Below are positions 51,869 through 62,295 of a stretch of DNA of 64,000 nt, in pieces. The notes below the pieces were generated by a model that saw nothing but the letters and a program-made list of their open reading frames with translations, was not told the DNA's origin and ran no database searches. Source of the stretch: Squalus acanthias (lineage: Eukaryota); contig CM059431.1 of the NCBI GenBank assembly GCA_030390025.1, positions 145,764,001-145,828,000 on the forward strand, read 5' to 3'. Numbering within the stretch: position 1 is the first letter of the stretch; each line of letters begins with the position of its first letter. The position numbers and the translations under genes are program-made.

Positions 51869-53125
51869 GGGGAGAAATTCAGTATCGCCCCATTTGGGGC
51901 GCAATTATCCGTCAGGTGCAAAGCATAGAAGCATAGAAGATAGGAGCAGGAGTAGGCCATTCGGCCCCTCGAGCCTGATCCGCCATTTAATGACATCATG
52001 GCTGATCATCCAAATTCAGTACCCTGTCCCTGCTTTCTCCCCATATCCCTTGATCCCTTTAGCCTTAAGAAATATATCTATCTCCTTCTTGAATATATTT
52101 AATGAATTGGCCTCAACTGCCTTCTGTGGTAGAGAATTCCATAGGTTCACCACTCTCTGGGTGAAGAAATTCCTCCTCATCTCAGTCCTAAATGTCTCCC
52201 CCCTTATCCTTAGACTGTGACCTTTTGTTCTGGACTCCCCCGCCATTGGGAACATCCTTCCTGCATCTTTCCTGCATTAAGATTAGCGCCTGGCGCTAAT
52301 TATCGCCTCCAACTGCAAACTTGACTTTTATCATCCCTGGAGGTGATTGGAGCGCTAAATTAGGCGCTACACATGTGTCTTAAGGCACAAAGGCCAAGGA
52401 ACAAGGCGCTAACTCAGAGCGCTGGCGAAGCTCATGTGATGTCAGTCAGCAATGGAATCCAGACACAATGGCGCCGGCCTGTTCTTAAAGGGGAGGGTCG
52501 ATCTTGCTTTCCATCCACATCCTGCTCATTGCAGCCTTGAACCTCGGCTTGGAGAGAACTGCACATGAAATCTGCTGGAAAGAACAATGGAGAGTACCAG
52601 GGAAAGAGCTCAGAGTGCAGCCCCCACGGTCTCTTCTAAATCGATACAAGGAAGGGCAAATCAAAATGAACATGCAAAGTGCTGCTCAGTACCCAAAACT
52701 CCTTCACACAGCGTTGAATCTCTCCAGAAGTCTCTCTCTCTCTCTCTCTCTCTCTCAGAATGCGTGGTTCAAAAATGTCACCAACATAAAAAGGAAGGAA
52801 GCGGGTGCCTTTAAATAGCGCTCCCCCAGTCCCTTCCTGACTGCAAAACGCTCCCCTCAACCTGTCGTTGCTAGCGGCAGGCGGTAAGGCAGGTGGCACC
52901 ACTCAATATCCACTCCGGGGCGCTACCGGGGCATTGCGCACTCGACTGATGTCACGATCTGCAGGCGCAGGAGATCATGGCGGTAATGTTTAGCACCGCA
53001 GCAAAATGTCTAGTTAAATTTGTGAGCGGCGCAAACATCGGCGCGCACGGGCTAGTTGCTTTGCGCCCCATTAGCGCCCTCTTAAGGCGCTAACAGGATG
53101 CACAACCAACTGAAATTTTCCCACC
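51869..53125. mobile_element. Harbinger-like element (family B relative, inverted) containing a CR1 3' fragment
   Basis: Ends GGGGAGAAATT / AAATTTTCCCACC, flanked by CTG on both sides; subterminal homology to 17139-17898. Confidence 0.75.
51924..52268 (-). mobile_element. CR1 3' fragment
   Basis: ORF 52016-52255 ends IKGYGEKAGTGY; (CTATGCTT) tail. Confidence 0.92.
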
Positions 53126-53150
53126 CTGACTCAAACAACTCGCAGCACTC

Positions 53151-55362
53151 GGGAGGTGTGGGTCTGGGGGATGACCGGTGCCCGGGAGGTGTGGGTCTGG
53201 GAGATGACCAGTGCCCGGGATGTGTGGGTCTGGGGGAGCACCAGTTCAGGGAGGTGTGGGTCTGGGGGTTGACCCATGAAGTGTGGGTCTCGGGGATGAC
53301 CAGTGGCCAGGAGGTGTGGGTCTGGGGGATGACCGGTGCCCGGGAGGTGTGGGTCTGGGGGATGACCAGTGCCCAGGAGGTGTGGGTCTGGGGGATGACC
53401 GGTGCCCGGGAGGTGAGGGTCTGGGGGATGACCAGTGGCCGGGAGGTGTGGGTCTGGGGGATGGCCGGTGCCCGGGAGGAGTGGGTCTGGGGGATGACCA
53501 GTGCCCGGGAAGTGTGGGTCTGGGGAATGACCGGTGCCCGGGAGGTGTGGGTCTGGGGGATGACCAGTGGCCAGGAGGTGTGGGTCTGGGGGATGACCGG
53601 TGCCAAGGAGGAGTGGATCTCGGGGATGACCAGTGCCCGGGAGGTGTGGGTCTGGGGGATGTCCGGTGCCCGGGAGGTGTGGGTCTGGGGGATGACCGGT
53701 ACCCGGGAGGTGTGGGTCTGGGGAATGACCGGTGCCCAGGAGGTGTGGGTCTGGGGAATGACCGGTGCCCGGGAGGTGTGCATCTGGGGGATGACCGGTG
53801 GCCAGGAGGTGTGGGTCTGGGGGATGACCAGTGCCCGGGAGGTGTGGGTCTGGGGGATGACCAGTGCCCGGGAGGTGTGGGTCTCGGGGATGACCGATGC
53901 CCAGGAGGTGTGCATCTGGGGGATAACCAGTGGCCAGGAGGTGTGGGTCTGGGGGATGACCGTTGCCCGGGATGTGTGGGTCTCGGGGATGACCGTTGCC
54001 CGGGATGTGTGAGTCTCGGGGATGACCATTGCCCGGGATGTGTGGGTCTCGGGGATGACCGTTGCCCGGGAGGTGTGGGTCTCGGGGATGACCGTTGCCC
54101 GGGAGGTGTGGGTCTCGGGGATTACCGGTGCCCGGGAGGTGTGGGTCTGGGGGATGACTGGTGCCCGGGAGGTGTTGGTCTCGGGGATGACTGGTGCCCG
54201 GAATGTTTGAGTCTCGGGGATTACCAGTGCCCGGGAGGTGTGGGTCTGGGGGATGACCGGTGCCCGGGAGGTGTGGGTCTCAGGGATGACCGGTGCCCGG
54301 GAGGTGTGAGTCTGTTGGATGACCGATGCCCGGGAAGTGTGGGACTGGGGAATGACCGGTGCCCGGGAAGTGTGAGTCTGTGGGATGACCAATGCCCGGG
54401 AGGTGTGTGTCTGGGGGATGACCGGTGCCCGGGAGGTGTGTGTCTCGGGGATGACCGGTGCCCGGGAAGTGTGAGTCTGTGGGATGACCAATGCCCGGGA
54501 GGTGTGGGACTGGGGAATGACCGGTGCCCGGGAGGTGTGAGTCTGTGGGATGACCAATGCCCCTGTGGTGTGGGACTGGGGAATGACCGGTGCCCGGGAG
54601 GTGTGGGTCTGTGGATGACCAGTTGCCAGGAGGTCTGGGTCTGGGGGATGACCGGTGCCCAGGAGGTGTGGTTCTGGGGATGACCAGTGCCCGGGAGGTG
54701 TGGTTCTGGGGGATGAGCGGTGCCCGGGAGGTGTGGTTCTGGGGATGACCAGTGCCCGGGAGGTGTGGTTCTGGGGGATGAGTGGTGCCCGGGAGCTGTG
54801 GTTCTGGGGATGACCAGTGCCCGGGAGGTGTGGTTCTGGCGGATGAGCGGTGCCCGGGAGTTGTGTGTCTGGGGATGACCAGTTGCCGGGAGGTGTGTGT
54901 CTGGGGGATGACTGGTGCCCAGGAAGTATGATTCTGTGGGATGACCAATGCCCGGGAGGTGTGGGACTGGGAATGACCGGTGCCCGGGAGGTGTGTGTCT
55001 GGGGGATGACCGGTGCCTGGGAAGTGTGAGTCTGTGGGATGACCAATGCCCGGGTGGTGTGAGTCTGTGGGATGACCGATGCCCGGGAGGTATGAACCTG
55101 GGGATGACCGGTGCCTGGGAGGTGTGGGTCTGGGGGATGACTGGTGCCCGGGAGGTGTGGGTCTGGGGGATGACCAATGCCCGGGAAGTGTGAGTCTGTG
55201 GGATGACCGATGCCCGGGAGGTGTAGGTCTGGGGGATGACCGGTGCCCAGGAGGTGTGGGTCTGGGGGATGACCACTGTGGGAGGTGTGGGTCTGGGAGA
55301 TGACCGGTCCTCAGGAGGTGTAGGTCTGGGGAATGACCGGTGCCCGCGTTGTGTGGTTCTCG
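53151..55362 (+). repeat. 33-bp GC-rich satellite (CGGGAGGTGTGGGTCTGGGGGATGACCGGTGCC)n
   Basis: Direct reading; 11-aa periodic ORFs. Confidence 0.97.
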
Positions 55363-55469
55363 GGCAGCTGCACAGAGTGAACAACTGCGAGTTTGGTAAG
55401 TGTTGGAGTTTAAAGAGTTATTCTCTTTTAAAATCTCTTGTTAATTGCTAGTAGCTCTTAAGTAAGATA

Positions 55470-55880
55470 AAACTTAGAATAAGGGGCTGTTCTTTCAAAA
55501 CTGAGATGAGAAGGAACTACTTCACTCAGAGGGTGGTCGGTCCATGGAATATGCTGCCCCAAAAAGCTGTAGAAGCTACATCATTGCATAAATTTAAAAC
55601 AGAAATAGACAGTTTCCTAGAAGTAAATGGAATTAAAGGTTACGGGGAATTTGGACATGAGTCTAGGTTCGGCCCTGTGGGTAGCGCAACGGGCCCAGGG
55701 CCCGTGTAGCCTGATCCTGCTCCTATTTCGTGTGTCCAATTTTGTTAGGTTCAGGAGATGGTTCTGTGATAGTATATTGGCGGTTAGGATCAGGTCAGCC
55801 ATGATCTTATTGAATGGCGGAGCAGGCTCGAGGGGCCAATTTGCCTACTCCTGCTCCTATTTCTTCTGATATGTTCTAAC
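55470..55880 (+). mobile_element. CR1 3' fragment inserted in the 5' monomer
   Basis: MRRNYFTQRVV...GIKGYG; CR1 3' UTR GAATGGCGGAGCAGGCTCGAGGGGCC. Confidence 0.85.
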
Positions 55881-56815
55881 TGTTTAAGTTAAAATTTAAA
55901 CTTTACATTTTTAAGTTTCTTCAGGCTTAAGCAGAGACAAGCAAGCAAGCTCTCCTGCTGGAGAGCTGCGGTAAGTAGTTAATTAGCTAACAGGAATAAA
56001 CTGCTTTAAGAAACAGTAGCAGAGCTGTGGTGACTCATCTGTACAAATACAGGGGCCTGTAACTCATCTGACCAGTACAAATACAGGGGCCTGTGAGTGC
56101 AGCCAGCACTGAGTGCAGCGAGTCCAGAGTGAACAACTGGGAGTTTGGTAAGTGTGGAAGTTCGGTGAAGTCGGGGGAGGAGGTGCTTGCTTTTCGTAAC
56201 TTCTCCCGCAGAGCAGGGTGGACCTGAGCGGGAGCAGACCGAGGCCCGAGAGCGGGGAGAAAAGCAGCAGCGGACCTGCATCAACAGGTAGGTAGGCTCA
56301 GGTAGGCCTCAGACCAGCGTCGACAGCGGCGGAGGAGGAGCCTTTCTTTCTTTTTCTCCCACAGAGCGGTCGGCAGCGGGGAAGGAGGAGCGGACCTGGT
56401 TGGAGCGGCATTTAAGGAGGGTGGTGGCTTAAACCCGAGTTCCTACAGAGTAGGAACCCCCACCCGCCCTCCTCCTCTAACCTAGTAGTCTTTTAGCAGT
56501 CTAAAAACAGAGGTCACAAATTTTTTGGTCTCAGTTTCTTTTCAGCAGAGCAGGAACCGGGAGGAGCGGGAAGTCGGCGTAGGACCAAGGGGACACAAGA
56601 CCGGGAAGTCAGCGAAAGACCAGGGAGGTAAGACTAACTGGTAAGTACTTTCCTCAAACCTTCCTAGAAAGTACAACTAAAACTAGTGCGATTTGGTTAG
56701 TTTAAAAAGGAATAAGAGGAGTACAGTATACATTGGTCTAAGTAAGCTTCGGGAAAACAAAAGTCAATAAATAAACTAAAACTAGAAAATTAATAAGTAA
56801 TATAAGGGTTAAGTC

Positions 56816-57763
56816 ATGGCAGTAGAGCTCGGACCTGTGTCATGCTCCTCCTGTAACATGTGGGAAATCATGGACGCTTCCTGTGTCCCTGACAACCATG
56901 TGTGCGGGAAGTGTGTCCAGCTGCAGCTCATGTGGGACCGCATGACGGCCCTTGAGCTGCGGATGGACTCACTTTGGAGCATCCACGATTCTGAGAGGGT
57001 TGTGAATAGCACATTTAGTGAGTTGGTCACACCGCAGGTTAAGGCCAGAGTAGATAGTACATGGGTGACCAAAAGGCAGAGCAAGGGCAGGAAGGTAGTG
57101 CAGGAATCCCCTGGGGTTGTCTCCCTCAGCAACAGGTTCACCGCCTTAGGTGCTGTTGTCGGGGGGGATGACTCATCGGGGGAAGGCACCAGCAGCCAGG
57201 CTCATGGCACCATGACTGGCTCTGTTGCAAAGAAGGGAGGGAAAAAGAGTGGCAGGGCTATAGTAATAGGGGATTCGATTGTAAGGGGAATAGATAGGAG
57301 TTTCTGTGGTCGCGACCGAGACTCCAGGATGGTAATTTGCCTCCCTGGTGCAAGGGTCAAGGATGTCTCGGCGCGGGTGCAGAACATTCTGGAGGGGGAG
57401 GGGGAACAGCCAGTTGTCGTGATACATGTTGGTACCAACGACGTAGCTAAAAAAAGGGAAGAGGTCCTACAAGTAGAATTTAGGGAGTTAGGAGCCAAGC
57501 TAAAAAGTAGGACCTCGAAGGTAGTAATCTCTGGATTACTACCAGTGCCACGTGCTAGTAAGAGTACAGAGAACAGGATAGTTAGGCTAAATACGTGGCT
57601 TGAGCAGTGGTGTAAGAGGGAGGGTTTTAAATTTTTGAGGCATTGGGACCAGTTTTGTGGTAGGTGTGACCTATACAAAAGGGACGGTCTACACCTGTGC
57701 AATGATGGAACTGATGTTCTCGGGGTAAATTTTGATAAAGCAGTTCGGGAGCATTTAAACTAG
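56816..57763 (+). CDS. CR1 ORF1p: N-terminal zinc finger, coiled coil, SGNH/GDSL esterase domain (315 aa)
   Basis: CSSC...CGKC; IVIGDSIVRG; HVGTND; DGLH. Confidence 0.93.
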   Translation: MAVELGPVSCSSCNMWEIMDASCVPDNHVCGKCVQLQLMWDRMTALELRMDSLWSIHDSERVVNSTFSELVTPQVKARVDSTWVTKRQSKGRKVVQESPGVVSLSNRFTALGAVVGGDDSSGEGTSSQAHGTMTGSVAKKGGKKSGRAIVIGDSIVRGIDRSFCGRDRDSRMVICLPGARVKDVSARVQNILEGEGEQPVVVIHVGTNDVAKKREEVLQVEFRELGAKLKSRTSKVVISGLLPVPRASKSTENRIVRLNTWLEQWCKREGFKFLRHWDQFCGRCDLYKRDGLHLCNDGTDVLGVNFDKAVREHLN

Positions 57764-60705
57764 TATGGCAGGGGGCTAGAAACCCATGTAGTGAAATAGA
57801 GGAAAGTGAAAGGCAGACAGAAATAAATGGTAAAAAGGAGAGGAACAAAAAACAAAGGGCCAAACTAATTCATAAAAAATGTGAGCATAAAAAAAGCCTG
57901 AGGGTTTTATACCTTAATGCGAGAAGCATCAGGAACAAGGTAGATGAATTAGCTGTGGAAATAGAGGTTAATAATTATGATCTAATTGGGATTACGGAAA
58001 CATGGTTGCAGGGTGAGCAGGGCTGGGAGCTTAACATACAGGGGTATTCAGTATTTAGGAAGGATCGACAAAAAAGAAAGGGAGGAGGGGTAGCATTGCT
58101 GGTAAAAGAGGGGATAAATGCAATTGAAAGGAAGGATATTAACTCAGTTAATACAGAATCTATATGGGTGGAGCTAAGAAATAGCGAGGGGCGAAAAACA
58201 TTAATAGGAGTGGTATATAGGCCTCCAAATAGTAAAATAGAGGTTGGGGAGGGCATCACGAGGGAAATTAGAGAAGCGTGCAATAAGAGCACAGCTGTCA
58301 TCATAGGTGACTTTAACTTACATATAGATTGGACTAGCCTAATCAGTAAAAATAATGAGGAGGAGGAATTCCTTGAGTGTTTAAGGGATGGTTATCTGGA
58401 TCAATATGTCGAGGAACCAACTCGGGAACAGGCTATATTGGACTGGGTACTGTGCAATGAGAAGGGACTAATTAGTAATCTTGTTGTACGGGGACCCTTG
58501 GGTCAGAGCGATCATAACATGATCGATTTCTCACTCGAAATGGAGAGCGAAGAAATTGACTCAGAGACTCAGGTCCTGAATTTAAACAAGGGGAATTATG
58601 ATGCCATTAGACGGGAACTGAGTAGGTCTGATTGGACAACGTTCCTGGGAGGACTGGAGGTAGATAAACAATGGCAAGCATTTAAAGATAGAATGACAAA
58701 ATTGCAAAAATTGTTTATACCAATCTGGCATAAAAGGAAATCTAAAAAGGTGACTCAACCGTGGATAACAGGGGAAATTAGAGACAGCATAAAATCCAAA
58801 GATAGGGCGTATAAAATAGCCAAAAAACACGCCAGAGCGGAAGATTGGGAACAGTTTAAGATAGAGCAAAGGAGGGCAAAGGGCTTAATCAAGAAGGGCA
58901 AAATAGCTTACGAAAGCAAGCTGGCGGAAAACATAAAAACTAACTCCAAAAGCTTTTATAAGTATATCAAGAGGAAAAGACTGGTGAAAACCAAAGTTGG
59001 TCCATTGCAGTCAGATACGGGGGAATATATAATGGGAAATAAGGAAATGGCAGACCAACTAAATGCATACTTTGGGTCAGTCTTTACGAAGGAAGACACA
59101 AAAAACCTCCCTGGGATATCGGGAAAAATAGGGACATTGGCAAAGGAGGAACTGACGCAAATCAATATCTCTAAGGATATGGTGTTAAGGAAGCTAAAGG
59201 GATTGAAGGCGGACAAATCCCCAGGGCCTGATAACATGCATCCTAGGGTACTGAAGGAGGTGGCCCTAGAGATAGCGGATGCACTAAGCATGATTTTTCA
59301 GAATTCATTAGACTCGGGAACAGTGCCCATGGATTGGAGGGTAGCTAACGTTACCCCACTATTCAAAAAGGGGGGTAGGGAAAAAGCAGGTAATTACAGA
59401 CCTGTAAGCCTTACATCAGTTGTGGGCAAAATGCTGGAGTCCATCATTAAGGATGAAATAGCCGAGCACTTAGCAAATGGGGACAGGATAGGACAGAGTC
59501 AACATGGATTTACAAAGGGTAAATCGTGCTTGACTAATCTATTGGAATTTTTTGAGGGAGTAACTGGTAAAATAGATGGGGGAGAGCCAGTAGATGTGGT
59601 GTACCTGGACTTCCAAAAGGCCTTCGATAAGGTCCCACATAAAAGATTAGCATGGAAAATTGAAGCTCATGGGATAAAGGGGAAAGTATTGACGTGGATA
59701 GAGAACTGGCTGTCAGATAGAAAACAGAGAGTTGGAATAAACGGCTCATTTTCTGAATGGCAGGCAGTAACAAGTGGGGTACCACAGGGATCTGTCCTGG
59801 GTCCCCAGCTGTTCACAATTTATATTAATGACCTGGATCAGGGAGTCGAATGCAGCATTTCCAAATTTGCAGACGACACTAAACTAGGAGGGGGGGTGGG
59901 CTCAGAGGAGGAGACCAGGAAGCTCCAGAGCGATTTGGACAGACTGGGTGATTGGGCGGATAAATGGCAGATGCACTATAATGTGGACAAGTGCGAAGTT
60001 ATCCACCTTGGGTGCAGGAACGGGAGGGCAAATTATTATTTAAATGGCAATAAATTGGGAGAGGGGGAAGTACAGAGAGACCTGGGTGTTCTTGTACACC
60101 AGTCACTGAAGGCGAGCATGCAGGTGCAACAGGCGGTCAAGAAGGCAAACGGTATGCTGGCCTTCATAGCAAAAGGGTTGGAATACAGGAACAGGGATAC
60201 CTTGCTGCAGCTGTACAGGGCACTGGTGAGACCACACCTAGAGTACTGTGTACAGTTTTGGTCGCCTCATCTGAGGAAAGATGTTCTTGCCATGGAGGGG
60301 GTGCAGCGGCGATTCACCAGGCTGATACCAGGAATGGCGGGATTGACCTATGAGGAGAGACTATGTAGTTTAGGGATGTACACACTGGAGTTTAGAAGAT
60401 TGAGAGGGGACCTCATAGAAGTGTATAAAATTCTGACAGGTCTAGACAGATTAGATGCAGAAGGAATGTTTCCCTTGGCGGGTGAGAACAGAACTAGAGG
60501 ACATAATTTAAGGATAAGGGCTAAACCATTTAGGACAGAAATGAGGGGGAATTTCTTCACTCAGAGAGTGGTGAACCTGTGGAACTCATTGCCACAGAGG
60601 GCAGTGTACGCCAGCTCATTAAATATATTTAAGAGGGAATTAGATATATTTCTACAGGCAAAAGGGGTTAAGGGTTACGGAGAGAAGGCGGGGACGGGAT
60701 ACTGA
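57739..60705 (+). CDS. CR1 ORF2p: APE endonuclease plus reverse transcriptase; frame open from 57739, with no ATG before the first EN motif
   Basis: [51 protein letters not shown]; the track start at 57955 is a GTG inside the EN domain. Confidence 0.95.
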   Translation, partial: SSSGAFKLVWQGARNPCSEIEESERQTEINGKKERNKKQRAKLIHKKCEHKKSLRVLYLNARSIRNKVDELAVEIEVNNYDLIGITETWLQGEQGWELNIQGYSVFRKDRQKRKGGGVALLVKEGINAIERKDINSVNTESIWVELRNSEGRKTLIGVVYRPPNSKIEVGEGITREIREACNKSTAVIIGDFNLHIDWTSLISKNNEEEEFLECLRDGYLDQYVEEPTREQAILDWVLCNEKGLISNLVVRGPLGQSDHNMIDFSLEMESEEIDSETQVLNLNKGNYDAIRRELSRSDWTTFLGGLEVDKQWQAFKDRMTKLQKLFIPIWHKRKSKKVTQPWITGEIRDSIKSKDRAYKIAKKHARAEDWEQFKIEQRRAKGLIKKGKIAYESKLAENIKTNSKSFYKYIKRKRLVKTKVGPLQSDTGEYIMGNKEMADQLNAYFGSVFTKEDTKNLPGISGKIGTLAKEELTQINISKDMVLRKLKGLKADKSPGPDNMHPRVLKEVALEIADALSMIFQNSLDSGTVPMDWRVANVTPLFKKGGREKAGNYRPVSLTSVVGKMLESIIKDEIAEHLANGDRIGQSQHGFTKGKSCLTNLLEFFEGVTGKIDGGEPVDVVYLDFQKAFDKVPHKRLAWKIEAHGIKGKVLTWIENWLSDRKQRVGINGSFSEWQAVTSGVPQGSVLGPQLFTIYINDLDQGVECSISKFADDTKLGGGVGSEEETRKLQSDLDRLGDWADKWQMHYNVDKCEVIHLGCRNGRANYYLNGNKLGEGEVQRDLGVLVHQSLKASMQVQQAVKKANGMLAFIAKGLEYRNRDTLLQLYRALVRPHLEYCVQFWSPHLRKDVLAMEGVQRRFTRLIPGMAGLTYEERLCSLGMYTLEFRRLRGDLIEVYKILTGLDRLDAEGMFPLAGENRTRGHNLRIRAKPFRTEMRGNFFTQRVVNLWNSLPQRAVYASSLNIFKRELDIFLQAKGVKGYGEKAGTGY

Positions 60706-60815
60706 ATTGAAGGATCAGCCATGATCTCATTAAATGGCGGAGCAGGCTCGAAGGGCCGGATGGCCTACTCCTGCTCCTATCTTCTATGTATCTATGTATC
60801 TATGTATCTATGTAA

Positions 60816-61118
60816 CAAGAGAAAACGGCAGTGTGACGTCACAGGCAAGGCAGGTAAGTGATTGGTAGTGACTGTGGGCTTAGTTTTAAGTTAACATATA
60901 ACATATAACTAAATTTTAAAAACTAAACTTAATTTAATTAATTTAATAAACTAAACGAGGTAAATAATTTGATTAATACTAAACTAATTAATTAAACAAA
61001 TAAAATAATGGGAGAGGAGGAGATGTGTTGCTGCTGCAATATATGGGAGCTTGTGGACATATTTGTCCAGGGCGACTACATCTGCAGTAAATGTTTGCGG
61101 CTCGAGGAACTCCAGGCC
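60816..61118 (+). mobile_element. Fragment of another CR1: 5' UTR end plus ORF1 N-terminus
   Basis: TGACGTCA and CAGGTAAGT, then MCCCCNIWELVD...YICSKCLRLEEL. Confidence 0.75.
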
Positions 61119-61989
61119 TGTAATTGTGGCACCCTTCTCCAATCATCTACCAAACACACTTCACACAAGCTTCTGGGATTTGTGTTATTGTTAAGTGAAG
61201 TATTATCCAGGTTAAAGCTTCAACTGTTCAATCACACACAGTGTGCTGAACTCTTCCAGCACTGAATAAGAGGTTTTGAACACAGCCACAATTCAGCCTT
61301 GTATTCTCACCATTTACCCTGACACAGGATACCATGTAAGAAGTCTGGAGACATTTATCAGGAAGGGCAGTCCTGAGAATGAAGAGCTTTGTTTTATACT
61401 TAAGCTATCCATTTCTTAATTCTAAAACACAAACAGGAGCATTGGACTAATTATAAAGGAATTGGATATCCAAACATACTCAATAACTGAACATAAACAC
61501 AAACAACAGATATCTAGGATAAATGCACAAAGCGACAAAAGCAGATTGATATTTGCAGTCAGCAGGGGCAATATCAAATATTAATAAGATTTACCACCTG
61601 GTACTAATCTTGCTTCATCTTAGTTTTTGACAGAAGGCCAAGATCTAAGCCTCCTTAGCTGGACTAAAGCCCACATGATTTGATATTTCTAACCACAATC
61701 ATGGATCTGTTTAAAAGCTAATCATTCCTACTAGCAACTGTTCTACATCACACACACTCCAAACCTACCTCCATCTCCTTTGTCAAGAGTAGCAAAAAGC
61801 AGTGTGGAAATAGCCTCGAACATTTGATTATATCCAATTGTTAATGGTTAAAAACATAACTTTGACATGACAAAGATCTACTTCAGTGATAAGAACCCAG
61901 TAGTAAGCAAACTAGAATTTTCGAAAGAATTTCAGAAATTAAGAATTGAGAATGGGCCTTTCAGCCCATCAAGCCCAGTCTTTCCACAT

Positions 61990-62295
61990 CCTATGGACAC
62001 TCTACCCACCAACTTAATCTCCTTCCACAACCCATGCACACTCTACCCTATCATGGACTCGACTCCACTAATTTAAACAACTTCCACAACCCATGGACAC
62101 TCTGCCATATCATAGTCTCTACCCCACCGATTTAAACTCCTTTCCACAGCCCACTTACACTGTAACAGATCATGGACTCTGCTTCACCCATTTAGCCTCC
62201 TTCCACATACCATGTACACTTTACCCTATCTCGGACTCTCGCCCACCCATTTAATCTCCTTCCACAGCCAATATATATTGTACCCTATCATGGGT
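61990..62295 (+). repeat. Degenerate ~58-60-bp tandem repeat (CATGGACTCT...TTTAA...CTTCCACA.CCCA)
   Basis: About 5 diverged monomers. Confidence 0.65.

Larger units (their letters stand above)
36296..53150 (-). mobile_element. Full-length CR1 carrying nested insertions (body 36296-38067 and 41288-44680; upstream 5' monomer pieces 51588-51868 and 53126-53150)
   Basis: ORF1 43421 to ~42497; ORF2 fragments 41753-42376, 41272-41652 and 36624-38090; the 5' monomer start GAGTGCTGCGAGTT recurs at ~44530, ~51608 and ~53150. Extension beyond 44680 is inferred. Confidence 0.8.
55368..60815 (+). mobile_element. CR1 LINE with intact ORF1 and ORF2 (potentially active); 5' boundary uncertain
   Basis: Uninterrupted ORFs; (CTATGTAT)4 tail at 60784-60814. 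Confidence 0.93.

Noticed and set aside
53082..55384. Long ORFs (654, 466, 387 and 304 aa) on both strands
   Set aside because: Products of a stop-poor 33-bp (11-codon) satellite; open in several frames with no unique domain or gene structure
56816..57763. Host GDSL lipase/esterase gene
   Set aside because: It is CR1 ORF1: intronless, directly upstream of EN/RT and repeated in the other copies
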